Part shown: one piece after another, positions 1 to 8,569 of the stretch
Layout: each line of letters begins with the position of its first letter
Position numbering within the stretch: position 1 is the first letter of the stretch
Assembly (NCBI GenBank): GCA_964587515.1
Contig: CAZPMO010000003.1
Location: forward strand, 13,002-64,699
Reading direction: 5' to 3'
From: an uncultured Rhodospirillaceae bacterium
GTDB lineage: Bacteria > Pseudomonadota > Alphaproteobacteria > MPNO01
DNA: 51,698 nucleotides
The notes under the pieces: model-generated
Database searches by the model: none
The model's input: the letters and a program-made list of their open reading frames with translations, nothing else
What the model was told of the DNA's origin: nothing
Translations under genes and position numbers: made by a program

Positions 1-151
1 TGTTGGTGGATCATGGTCTATACAGGCTATGGATGAAGAGTGTGGGTAGTATTGCCAAGGTTGGTGGTGCGTCGAAGGTGGGGGAATGAACGAAATTGTC
101 GTCGCGGCCGCAATGGCGATCCGGCCAATTCGATGCGATGGAGATACCAAA

Positions 152-2050
152 ATGACTGGACGAGTTTCTGGCGTCGTTTTCGGCCGGCTTGTTTCGCTTG
201 CCCTGCCGATGATCATGACGGCCGCGATTTCCATCGGCGTCGTGATCGGAACCGGCGCGGCGGTGGCGGAGCCGGCGACGACCCTGGTGGCTAAGGGTGG
301 CGACGATCTGCTGAAGGGCGGCGACGATCTGCTGAAAGAGAGCGAGAAAAGCGCCGTGAAGAAAGAGGTCGAGGACGCCGAGTCGGTTTCGTCCAAAGCC
401 CACGAAGAGCTGTTCGCCGAAAGCCGCTTTCCCTCGGCCGCCACCTGCGGCACCTGCCATCCGAAGCAATACAAGGAATGGTCGGTTTCCCAGCACTCAT
501 ATGCCCAGCTCAGCCCCGTCTATATGGCGATCAACAATTTCATCAATTCGATCGCCAACGGCAGCAACGGCGATTTCTGCCTGAGATGCCACAGCCAGGT
601 CGGCGCCAGCCTGGGCGAATCGCCGGCGATTTCGAACCTCGACCGGCATCCGACTTCCCGCGAAGGCATCACCTGCGTGGTCTGCCACCGTGTGGACAAG
701 GACTACAACAAGGCCAGCGGCCGCCTCGCGCTGGTCGAGGGTGACCTGCTGCAACCGGTATTCGGTCCGATGGGCAACGCGGAGATGGCGCGCGTCCTCG
801 ACAATACCGACAAATACCGCGTGGTGACCGACCCCAATAAACAGGGCCGCAAGATCCACGTGAAGGTCAAGAAATTCCCGTCGATTTCCCAACCGGTGTT
901 CTGTGGTTCGTGTCACGACGTAACGCTGTTCAACGGGTTCCGGCTGGAAGAAGCATTCAGCGAATACCGTACTTCGCCGGCGGCGGCGCGTGGCGAGACC
1001 TGTCAGGACTGCCACATGGGCAAAATCCAGGGCAAGGTCTCGGGTTACGAGGTGGGCCCGGCGGCGGTGGTCGGCGGCGTACCGACCAAACCGCGCAAGC
1101 TGGCCAATCACTTCTTCGCGGGACCGGATTATTCGGTCATCCATCCGGGCATATTTCCGCACAACGCCGAAGCGCAGCAGATGGCCACACTGCGCGAATG
1201 GTTGCTGTTCGACCACAAGGCGGGCTGGGGCGACGACAAGTTCGAGGACAAGGTCACCGACGCCACCAAGTTTCCGAAGCGCTGGGAATCGGCGGACGAC
1301 CGCTACGACGCGCGCGAAATCCTCAACACCCAGTTCGAACGGCTTGAATGGGCGCATCAGAAGCGGCTGGAAGTCCTGCGCGTCGGTTATCTGATGACCG
1401 ACATCAAGACATTGAAGGCGAACAAGGACGGCATCCAGTTCTCGGTCAAGGTCGAGAACGGAACCGACGGGCATAACGTCCCGACCGGATTTACCGGCGA
1501 ACGGCTGGTGTTTCTCCAGGTCACCGTGACGGACGCCATGGGCAAAATCATTTTCAAATCCGGCGACCGCGATCCCAACGGTGATCTGCGCGATCATTAT
1601 TCGTCCTATGTGCGCAGCGGCGACTTGGAACTCGACGATTCCCTGTTCAGCCTGCAATCGCACTTTGTCGTGGCAAACGGGCGCGGCAGCGAACGCGAAC
1701 GAATCATCCCGATCCCCTATCCGTCGACTTCGCTGCCGCGTGTTCTACCCTCGCCGGTATCGCTGATCTTCACCGGCGAGCCTCCGACCGAGCGCAATCA
1801 TCGCAAGGGGATCGAACCCAACGGACATCGCATCGCCAAATACAAGATCAGCGGCGACGCGCTGACCGGCAGGGGGCCCTATCGCGCCAACATCAAGCTG
1901 ATCTCTCAGATGGCGCCGGCCAACCTGATAGGCGCGATCCAGAGCGTTGGCTTCGATTACGGCATGAGCCCGGCCGAAGTGGTCGCGGGCGTCGCAGCGG
2001 GCGCCGACGTTCTTTGGGAAAAAAATCTGACATTCAATATCGGAAACTGA
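152..2050 (+). CDS. Secreted pentaheme c-type cytochrome
   Basis: ORF 86..2050 has five CxxCH motifs (CGTCH, CLRCH, CVVCH, CGSCH, CQDCH). The ATG at 152 is preceded by TGGAGA (139-144) and gives a signal-peptide-like N-terminus (MTGRVSGVVFGRLVSLALPMIMTAAISIGVVIGTGAAVA/EP). Alternative starts are 86 and 113. Confidence 0.8.
   Translation: MTGRVSGVVFGRLVSLALPMIMTAAISIGVVIGTGAAVAEPATTLVAKGGDDLLKGGDDLLKESEKSAVKKEVEDAESVSSKAHEELFAESRFPSAATCGTCHPKQYKEWSVSQHSYAQLSPVYMAINNFINSIANGSNGDFCLRCHSQVGASLGESPAISNLDRHPTSREGITCVVCHRVDKDYNKASGRLALVEGDLLQPVFGPMGNAEMARVLDNTDKYRVVTDPNKQGRKIHVKVKKFPSISQPVFCGSCHDVTLFNGFRLEEAFSEYRTSPAAARGETCQDCHMGKIQGKVSGYEVGPAAVVGGVPTKPRKLANHFFAGPDYSVIHPGIFPHNAEAQQMATLREWLLFDHKAGWGDDKFEDKVTDATKFPKRWESADDRYDAREILNTQFERLEWAHQKRLEVLRVGYLMTDIKTLKANKDGIQFSVKVENGTDGHNVPTGFTGERLVFLQVTVTDAMGKIIFKSGDRDPNGDLRDHYSSYVRSGDLELDDSLFSLQSHFVVANGRGSERERIIPIPYPSTSLPRVLPSPVSLIFTGEPPTERNHRKGIEPNGHRIAKYKISGDALTGRGPYRANIKLISQMAPANLIGAIQSVGFDYGMSPAEVVAGVAAGADVLWEKNLTFNIGN
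293..334 (+). repeat. In-frame 2 x 21-bp tandem repeat encoding KGGDDLL KGGDDLL
   Basis: aagggtggcgacgatctgctg / aagggcggcgacgatctgctg read directly from the sequence, with one synonymous difference. It lies just after the predicted signal peptide of the pentaheme cytochrome. Confidence 0.9.
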
Positions 2051-2130
2051 TGCAACGATAACCGGATAACGTAAGTCCCGATCGCGACGACACCGGCCGT
2101 GCGGGATCTACAAAGGAAATAGTCGAGACC

Positions 2131-3579
2131 ATGTCGATGGCAAAACAGTACCAGGAACGGGTGGGCGGCGTTGGCGCCGTCTGCGTCTTCCTTATCGCGC
2201 TGATGGCGGCGCCGCTGACCGCCCCGTCGGCGTGGTCCGCGGAGGGATATGGCGGCGGCATTTTCCCGCTCGGCGAAAGAAATCCGCCGCCGAAGTTCCC
2301 GGACAAGCCGGTCCCCTTTAAATCGATCGAGGACCTTCCCGCGCGCCCGGCGCTCGGCATCGAAATCGGCGACCCCTTCCTCGACACCGGCAAGCTCGAC
2401 GCCGGGTTTGAGACGCCCTGGGGTGCCGTCTGGCAGCCCAGACTCTGGGGCTACATGATCTATCGGACCGCGTTTCAACATTTCGAGACCGCGACCCGCG
2501 CCAACAACGAATGGGCCAACCGGCTGGATGTGTTCCTGAACCTCCAGCTCACCGGCACCGAGAAAATACTTCTCAATCTGCGGCCGCTCGACACCAACCG
2601 GCCCACTGAATTCACCCGATACAGCTTCGACGATCCGCGTGGCGGCGAAGGATATGTCGGCGAATATAACTCTGAAGTCGAAGCGCTGTTCTTCGAGGGC
2701 GATCTCGGCAGTCTGATCCCGGCGATCGACCGCGAAGGCATCACGCCCTTGGATTTCGGCTTCACCGTCGGGCGTCAGGCGATCACCTTCCAGGAAGGCA
2801 TGCTGATCAACGATACGGTGAACATGGTCGGGCTGGTGCGCAACAATTTGTATCTGCCGGGGGTGAGTTCGCTCCGCATGTCGGGAATGTGGGCCTGGGA
2901 CCGCGCCGACCGCGGCGTTACGGACGCCGACACCTCGACCTTCGCCCTGTTCAGTTCGGCCGATATGCCGAAAAGCACCGTCAGTCTCGATGTGATCTAT
3001 ATCGAGGATGAAGGCCAGAATGGCGACGCCTTTTATGTCGGCGCGTCGTCGATACAGCGCATCGGACTGTTCAACACCGCGTTTCGCATCAACAACTCCG
3101 TTGCTCTGGATGACGATCGCCAAGGTGTCGCCGACGGCTCGCTGCTTTCGGCCGAGGTATCATGGACACCGCATAACTCAGACGACATCATTTATGTGAA
3201 CCCATACATCTCGCTCGGCAATTTCACGCAGGCGGGCCGCGAGGCCATTGTCGGCGGTCCGCTGGCCGCGCTGGGCATCCTGTTCGCATCGCCGAGCCTC
3301 GCAAACTACGGTGCCGAATTGAATCCATTCACCGATGACGTCACCGGGTTCGCCGCGGGCTATCAGGCTTTCTGGGACAGTCATCGGCGCAATCTCGCGC
3401 TCGAAGTCGCAACGCGGAAAAACACCAGCGGCAGCGGCGGCGATTCGCTGGGGCTGGGCTTCCAGTTGCAACAGGCGCTGGGCCGGCATTTTCAGGTTCA
3501 ATTAGAAGGATTCTACAGTTTTATCGAAAACAGAGACAATTCGAACGGCGCTCGGGTGGAATTGCAGATCGTCTATTAA
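2131..3579 (+). CDS. Putative outer-membrane beta-barrel protein (porin-like)
   Basis: 482-aa ORF with an N-terminal signal peptide (VCVFLIALMAAPLTAPSAWSA/EG). The sequence has an alternating hydrophobic character, many Gly/Asn/Asp turns and no Cys-rich motifs. The C-terminus (GARVELQIVY) ends in an aromatic residue, as in OM barrels. No family could be assigned by eye. Confidence 0.55.
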   Translation: MSMAKQYQERVGGVGAVCVFLIALMAAPLTAPSAWSAEGYGGGIFPLGERNPPPKFPDKPVPFKSIEDLPARPALGIEIGDPFLDTGKLDAGFETPWGAVWQPRLWGYMIYRTAFQHFETATRANNEWANRLDVFLNLQLTGTEKILLNLRPLDTNRPTEFTRYSFDDPRGGEGYVGEYNSEVEALFFEGDLGSLIPAIDREGITPLDFGFTVGRQAITFQEGMLINDTVNMVGLVRNNLYLPGVSSLRMSGMWAWDRADRGVTDADTSTFALFSSADMPKSTVSLDVIYIEDEGQNGDAFYVGASSIQRIGLFNTAFRINNSVALDDDRQGVADGSLLSAEVSWTPHNSDDIIYVNPYISLGNFTQAGREAIVGGPLAALGILFASPSLANYGAELNPFTDDVTGFAAGYQAFWDSHRRNLALEVATRKNTSGSGGDSLGLGFQLQQALGRHFQVQLEGFYSFIENRDNSNGARVELQIVY

Positions 3580-3621
3580 CGCGGCGGCTTTCGGGAGTAA
3601 CGGGGGTTGAGAAGCTAGATC

Positions 3622-4905
3622 GTGTCCACGCTGATGTCAGGCGAGGTGTTCGTGTTGATCGGCGAGATCATCGTGGTCGGGGTGGCATTGCAGACCCTGG
3701 CCCTGGTCTATATTTCGTGGCGCCGGGTCACCCAGGAAAATCGACGATCGCAGGTCGCCTTTCAGTTCCTCGAATCGGAAATCGCCGCGCGGCGCTCACA
3801 CAACAAAGTTGAAGCGGACCGCTCGGCGCTATCGTGGAACGGAACGCGCAAATTCGAAATTCGTCAAAAAACCGTGGAAGGCGGCGACATCTGTTCGTTT
3901 TATCTCGCCCCGCATGACGGCAAACCGCTACCGCCGTTTCTGCCCGGTCAATATCTGACTTTCCATCTCAAGGTTCCTGGCCAGGAAAAGCCTGTCATTC
4001 GCTGCTATTCGCTTTCCGACAGCCCGTCCAACCCGGAACGCTACAGGGTCTCGATCAAGCGGGCGCCGCCACCGCGCGACAACCCCGATGCGCCGCCCGG
4101 CCTGTCCTCCAATTTCTTCCACGACCAACTGGCCGAGGGCGACATTGTCGATGCGAAAGCGCCGTCCGGACATTTCTTTCTGGATCTCAATCGCTATACG
4201 CCGGTCGTGCTCATGTGCGGCGGCGTCGGAATTACGCCGTTGCTCAGCATGCTGCTTGCCATCTGCGAAGGCGATTTCAAACGCGAGACCTGGTTCTTCT
4301 ATGGCGTTCGCAACAAGCAGGAACACATCATGGGCGAGATGTTGCGCGATATCGCCCGAGCGCATGAGAACGTCCATCTCCACGTCTGTTACAGCGATCC
4401 GGAACCGGGCGACCGGCAAGGCGTCGACTATCAACACGCTGAACGGATCAGTCTCGACCTGCTGAAACGCCTGTTGCCGTCCAACAACTACGAATTCTAC
4501 TATTGTGGGCCGCCGCCGATGATGGAGAGCCTGACCCAGGGCCTTAAGGAGTGGGGCGTTCCCGATGCGCAAATCAATTACGAGGCCTTCGTGGCGGCCA
4601 GCGTGCAAAAGGCCAAACCGAAGCCGGCCGCCGGGGCGGACGCCGCGACGGCCTATCAGATCGAATTCGCCCATTCGGGAACGACACTCGACTGGTCCCC
4701 GGATGCGGAATCGATCCTGGAATTCGCCGAAAATAACGGAATTGCCATGGACAGCGGCTGCCGCGCCGGAAATTGCGGCACCTGCCTGACGGCGATCACG
4801 GCGGGCGGGGTCTCCTATCTCAGCGAACCCGGCCAGGCGCCGGAAGACGGATCGTGCCTGGCCTGCATCGCGGTGCCGAATTCCAACCTGACGCTGGACG
4901 CTTGA
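3622..4905 (+). CDS. Membrane-anchored FNR-type oxidoreductase (FAD-binding, NAD(P)-binding, C-terminal plant-type 2Fe-2S ferredoxin domain)
   Basis: N-terminal hydrophobic helix (VFVLIGEIIVVGVALQTLALVYISW). RxYS FAD motif (RCYSLSD), GGxGxxP motif (GGVGITPLLSM) and YYCGPPPM. C-terminal CRAGNCGTCLTAI...CLAC. GTG start at 3622; alternative ATG at 3634. Confidence 0.8.
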   Translation: MSTLMSGEVFVLIGEIIVVGVALQTLALVYISWRRVTQENRRSQVAFQFLESEIAARRSHNKVEADRSALSWNGTRKFEIRQKTVEGGDICSFYLAPHDGKPLPPFLPGQYLTFHLKVPGQEKPVIRCYSLSDSPSNPERYRVSIKRAPPPRDNPDAPPGLSSNFFHDQLAEGDIVDAKAPSGHFFLDLNRYTPVVLMCGGVGITPLLSMLLAICEGDFKRETWFFYGVRNKQEHIMGEMLRDIARAHENVHLHVCYSDPEPGDRQGVDYQHAERISLDLLKRLLPSNNYEFYYCGPPPMMESLTQGLKEWGVPDAQINYEAFVAASVQKAKPKPAAGADAATAYQIEFAHSGTTLDWSPDAESILEFAENNGIAMDSGCRAGNCGTCLTAITAGGVSYLSEPGQAPEDGSCLACIAVPNSNLTLDA

Positions 4906-6005
4906 TGAAAATCGACAACTCCGTTGCCCTTCCCCGGCAACGGCCTTCGAAAAGGATTACGATATTGCAAAATACAGCCCCGTCGATCTGGACTGGACCC
5001 CTAAGGCGCATTGCATGCGCAAGCGCGCTTCTTTTGGCCGTTTTCCTGACCTGGGCCCCGGCCACGGCGGAGATCGTGCTCAGGCTCGATCCGGCCAATG
5101 TCGCCGGCCCCAAGGCCTGTGCGGAATGCCACATCTCGTCGGCCAAGGTGTGGAAGGAGACCCAGCACGCTAAGACGTTCAAGGCGTTGCCGCGCAAGAA
5201 ATCGGCCAAGGAAATCGCCAAGCGAATGGGGCTGCGGCGGATCAAGGCGGGCAGCGATTGCCTGACCTGCCATTTCACCTCTAATTTGAAAAACAACAAA
5301 CCGAAGCCCATCGCAGGCGTGACCTGCGAATCATGCCATGGCGCGGGCAAGAAATGGATCGACGTTCATAGCGATTTCGGCGGCAAGAAAGTTACCGCGA
5401 AGACTGAAAAACCGGCCCACAAGAAAACGCGATATGAAAAATCGGAGGCGGCAGGCATGCTGCGCCCGAGCCGCCTCTATCAGGTCGCGGCCAATTGCTA
5501 TAGCTGCCACACCGTTCCCAACGAGAAGCTGGTCAATGTGGGCGGCCATCCGGTTGGCAGCAAGTTCGAGCTGGTGTCCTGGTCGCAGGGCGAGGTCCGC
5601 CACAATGTCTGGTACACCAAGGAGAACCGCAACGCGGCCGCCAACCGCAAGCGCATGATGTATATCGTGGGCAAGGCGCTAGACCTCGAATTCGCGCTGC
5701 GCGGCGTCGCGAAGGCGACACAACGCGAACGATATGCGGTCGCCATGGCCAAGCGCGCAGCCGCGGCGCGGGCCGATCTGAAAAAGATCGGAGCCGCGAT
5801 TTCCGCGCCCGAGATCAAACAGATCATCCAGATCGGTGACGGCGCAAAGCTCAAACTCAACAACGGAGCGCCACTCACAGCGGCGGCCGACAAGATCGCG
5901 GCGGCGGCGAAAAAGCTCGCCGCAAATCACGACGGCGCGAATTTCGCCGGCGTCGATTCACTGATCCCCAAGCCGGCGAACTACAAGGGCAAGGCGTCGC
6001 AATAA
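4905..6005 (+). CDS. Periplasmic tetraheme c-type cytochrome
   Basis: Four CxxCH motifs (CAECH, CLTCH, CESCH, CYSCH). Signal-peptide-like segment IACASALLLAVFLTWAPATA/EI. The ATG at 4905 overlaps the TGA of the upstream gene (TGATG, 4903-4907). The longer ORF from 4773 overlaps the reductase gene and is unlikely. Confidence 0.8.
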   Translation: MKIDNSVALPRQRPSKRITILQNTAPSIWTGPLRRIACASALLLAVFLTWAPATAEIVLRLDPANVAGPKACAECHISSAKVWKETQHAKTFKALPRKKSAKEIAKRMGLRRIKAGSDCLTCHFTSNLKNNKPKPIAGVTCESCHGAGKKWIDVHSDFGGKKVTAKTEKPAHKKTRYEKSEAAGMLRPSRLYQVAANCYSCHTVPNEKLVNVGGHPVGSKFELVSWSQGEVRHNVWYTKENRNAAANRKRMMYIVGKALDLEFALRGVAKATQRERYAVAMAKRAAAARADLKKIGAAISAPEIKQIIQIGDGAKLKLNNGAPLTAAADKIAAAAKKLAANHDGANFAGVDSLIPKPANYKGKASQ

Positions 6006-6044
6006 CCGACCGGCGACCGCGGTCGGCGGTTGCATGGAGGACTG

Positions 6045-7754
6045 ATGGCCGACGTTTCCGTCGTCGAACGGCCGCAACGCTGGGATAACCCATTCGACCC
6101 GGACATGACGGAGTCCGACGTCGAATGGGTGATGACGCTGCAACCGTTCTGTGACATGGACGAATCAGGTTTTCCCCGGAACTTGTCGCTCCGCGACGTC
6201 ATCCGTAACGATTCCCGCATCACGCGCTACCGCGAGGGCGAGATCATCATCCGCGAGGGAGACTACGGAAATTCCGCCTTCCTGGTGATGGGGGGAACCG
6301 CACGGGTGATTCTCAGCCCGCCGCTTTCGGCGCGTGAACTCGGCCGGCGGGAGATTAAAAAGAAGGGAATCTGGGGAGCGCTGTCGCAAATTTGGCACAA
6401 TCCGCGCGCGCCGGAGGTTCGCGATCGCGCGCAATATTACGACCGCGCGACCAGCGGCGGGCTTGGCGCGGGTGAAAACGATCATACGATGCTGGGCGAT
6501 ATCGCCGCGATCATGGAGCAACACCGCACTGCCCAGTTTCTGGTCGGGGACACGTTCGGCGAAATCGCCGCCATGGGGCGCAGACCGCGCGGCGACACCG
6601 TGTTCGCCGACAGCGACGCGGTGCTGCTGGAAATGCGGTGGCAGGGTTTTCGCGATATCCGCCACCGGGTCGGGGCCTACCGCGACTATACCGACCGGAT
6701 TTACCGCGAACGCGGCTTCGAGGCGCATCTGCGCGAAACCGCGCTGCTCGACCGAATCGATGATGACGGCAAAAACCGCCTGATGAAGGATGCGTCTTTC
6801 CAGAGTTATGGCACATTCGAATGGCATTCCACATACAAGACACTGGCCGATCTGACGTTCAACGAGCGCCTGACCCATGAGCCCGTGATAGCCGGCGCCG
6901 GAGATTATCCGGACAGTCTGCTGCTGATCCGATCGGGGTTTTGCCGCGTCACGGAAAATTTCGGCAACAGCGAACGCACGGTGGGTTTTATCGGCCGCGG
7001 CGAATCGTTCGGCCTCGAAGAGCTCGCCCATAACTGGCAGTACGAGGACGAGATCCCTTATCAGCGCAATCTCAGGGCGCTGGGGTATGTAGATTTGCTT
7101 GTGCTGCCGGCCGTCACGGTGGAAGAAATCATTCTGCCGAAGTTGAATGTTTCACAGATGAGCACGCCGGTCGTCGCCGGTCGGGAAACCGATGAAGTCG
7201 TCGAGGCCGAGGACGGCATGGAAACCGGATTGCTCGAATTCATGGTCGAGAACCGTTTCATCAACGGAACGGCGACCATGGTGATCGATTCGGATCGTTG
7301 CGTCCGCTGCGATGATTGCGTGCGCGCATGCGCGGCGGCGCATGACGACAATCCGCGGTTCGTGCGCCACGGGATGCGGCACGGGAAATATCTGGTGATC
7401 AACGCCTGCATGCATTGCACGGACCCGGTATGCATGATCGGCTGTCCCACCGGCGCCATCCATCGCAGCCCGGGCGAGGGCCAAGTGGTCATCAACGACG
7501 CGACCTGCATTGGCTGCGCGGTGTGCGCGACGAGCTGCCCCTACAACAATATCCGCATGGTCGAAATCAGGGATGAGCAGGGAAGCTTCATTTACGACGA
7601 TCAGTCGAAGGCGCTGATGCAGGCGACGAAATGCGACCTTTGCGTCGACCAACTCGGCGGCCCGGCCTGTCAGCGCGCCTGCCCTCACGACGCCTTGCGG
7701 CGAATCAACATGCAGGACCTTTCGGGGAACTGGGACTGGCTGACGGACAATTGA
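6045..7754 (+). CDS. Cytoplasmic protein with two cyclic-nucleotide-binding-like domains fused to a four-cluster [4Fe-4S] polyferredoxin (NrfC/DmsB-type Cys pattern)
   Basis: N-terminal half has CAP/cNMP-like blocks (REGDYGNSAFLVMGG...FGEIAAMGRRPRGDTVFA and a second LLLIRSGFCRV...GESFGLEEL). C-terminal Cys groups are CVRCDDCVRAC, CMHCTDPVCMIGCP, CIGCAVCATSCP and CDLCVDQLGGPACQRACP. No Sec or Tat signal is visible. ATG at 6045 follows GGAGG; a TTG at 6030 is an alternative start. Confidence 0.8.
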   Translation: MADVSVVERPQRWDNPFDPDMTESDVEWVMTLQPFCDMDESGFPRNLSLRDVIRNDSRITRYREGEIIIREGDYGNSAFLVMGGTARVILSPPLSARELGRREIKKKGIWGALSQIWHNPRAPEVRDRAQYYDRATSGGLGAGENDHTMLGDIAAIMEQHRTAQFLVGDTFGEIAAMGRRPRGDTVFADSDAVLLEMRWQGFRDIRHRVGAYRDYTDRIYRERGFEAHLRETALLDRIDDDGKNRLMKDASFQSYGTFEWHSTYKTLADLTFNERLTHEPVIAGAGDYPDSLLLIRSGFCRVTENFGNSERTVGFIGRGESFGLEELAHNWQYEDEIPYQRNLRALGYVDLLVLPAVTVEEIILPKLNVSQMSTPVVAGRETDEVVEAEDGMETGLLEFMVENRFINGTATMVIDSDRCVRCDDCVRACAAAHDDNPRFVRHGMRHGKYLVINACMHCTDPVCMIGCPTGAIHRSPGEGQVVINDATCIGCAVCATSCPYNNIRMVEIRDEQGSFIYDDQSKALMQATKCDLCVDQLGGPACQRACPHDALRRINMQDLSGNWDWLTDN

Positions 7755-8569
7755 AATTTCTCAGACGCAATTTCGTTTATCTGTTTTTGTCGCTGGTCGT
7801 GGCGATCGCGATCGGCCTTTGGGCCGCCGTCACTTCCGCCTCGCTGAAGGACGTGAATTTCCTGACCGGATGGCTGCTGCTGGGGTCGATGATTTTCCTG
7901 GCGCTGTTCAATGTCCGAAAGAAACTGCCGATGATTCCGCTGGGCTCGGCGGCGCTTTGGCTCAATCTGCATATCTATGTCGGCTGGCTGTGCCTCGGCG
8001 TGTTCCTGATCCATAACGGCATCGAACTGCCCAGTGGCATCCTCGAAGCAGTGCTCGCCGCTCTGTTCCTGCTGGTCGCGCTGAGCGGCATTTTCGGCAT
8101 CGTGATCTCGCGCGAATTCGCCAAGCGGCTGACCACATCGGGCGAAGAAGTCGTGTTCGAGCGCATCCCGGCTTTTCGGGAAAAATTGCGGCAACAGGCT
8201 GACAATGTCGCTCTACAGTCGGTCTCGGCAAGCGGCACGTCGACGCTGGCCGATTTTTACGCCGGCCGGCTGAAATTCTTTTTCGAGGGACCGCGCAACT
8301 TCTTGGGTCACGTGTTCGGCTCTCGGCGGGCGCGGTTTGCCCTGCAAAGCGAGATACAGGCCCTGACCCGTTACCTCGATGAAAACGACCGAGCCTACCA
8401 GCAGGAGCTGTCGGAGCTCGTCCACCGCAAAGTCGATCTCGACCACCATCACGCCCTTCAGAAGACGTTGAAGGGCTGGCTGTTTTTTCATATTCCGCTG
8501 ACCTACAGTCTGTTAATCGTGGCCGTCGTGCATGTGGTGATGGTCTACGCCTTTTCGGGAACGCCATAG
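7751..8569 (+). CDS. Integral membrane protein, about 5 TM helices, with paired His-x13-His helices (candidate di-heme b-type electron carrier)
   Basis: Hydrophobic helices are visible in the translation. His74/His88 lie in LHIYVGWLCLGVFLIH and His247/His261 in FFHIPLTYSLLIVAVVHVV. The proposed TTG start at 7751 overlaps the upstream stop (TTGA). The ORF-track start at 7631 would overlap the upstream gene by 124 nt. Confidence 0.6.
   Translation: MKFLRRNFVYLFLSLVVAIAIGLWAAVTSASLKDVNFLTGWLLLGSMIFLALFNVRKKLPMIPLGSAALWLNLHIYVGWLCLGVFLIHNGIELPSGILEAVLAALFLLVALSGIFGIVISREFAKRLTTSGEEVVFERIPAFREKLRQQADNVALQSVSASGTSTLADFYAGRLKFFFEGPRNFLGHVFGSRRARFALQSEIQALTRYLDENDRAYQQELSELVHRKVDLDHHHALQKTLKGWLFFHIPLTYSLLIVAVVHVVMVYAFSGTP

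Noticed and set aside
497-3123. Long minus-strand ORFs (497..1663 and 1957..3123, 388 aa each) opposite the pentaheme cytochrome and barrel genes.
   Set aside because: The products are Arg/Ala/Gly/His-rich with no motifs. They lie antisense to ORFs with clear heme motifs and signal peptides. This is a typical stop-codon-poor shadow frame of GC-rich DNA.
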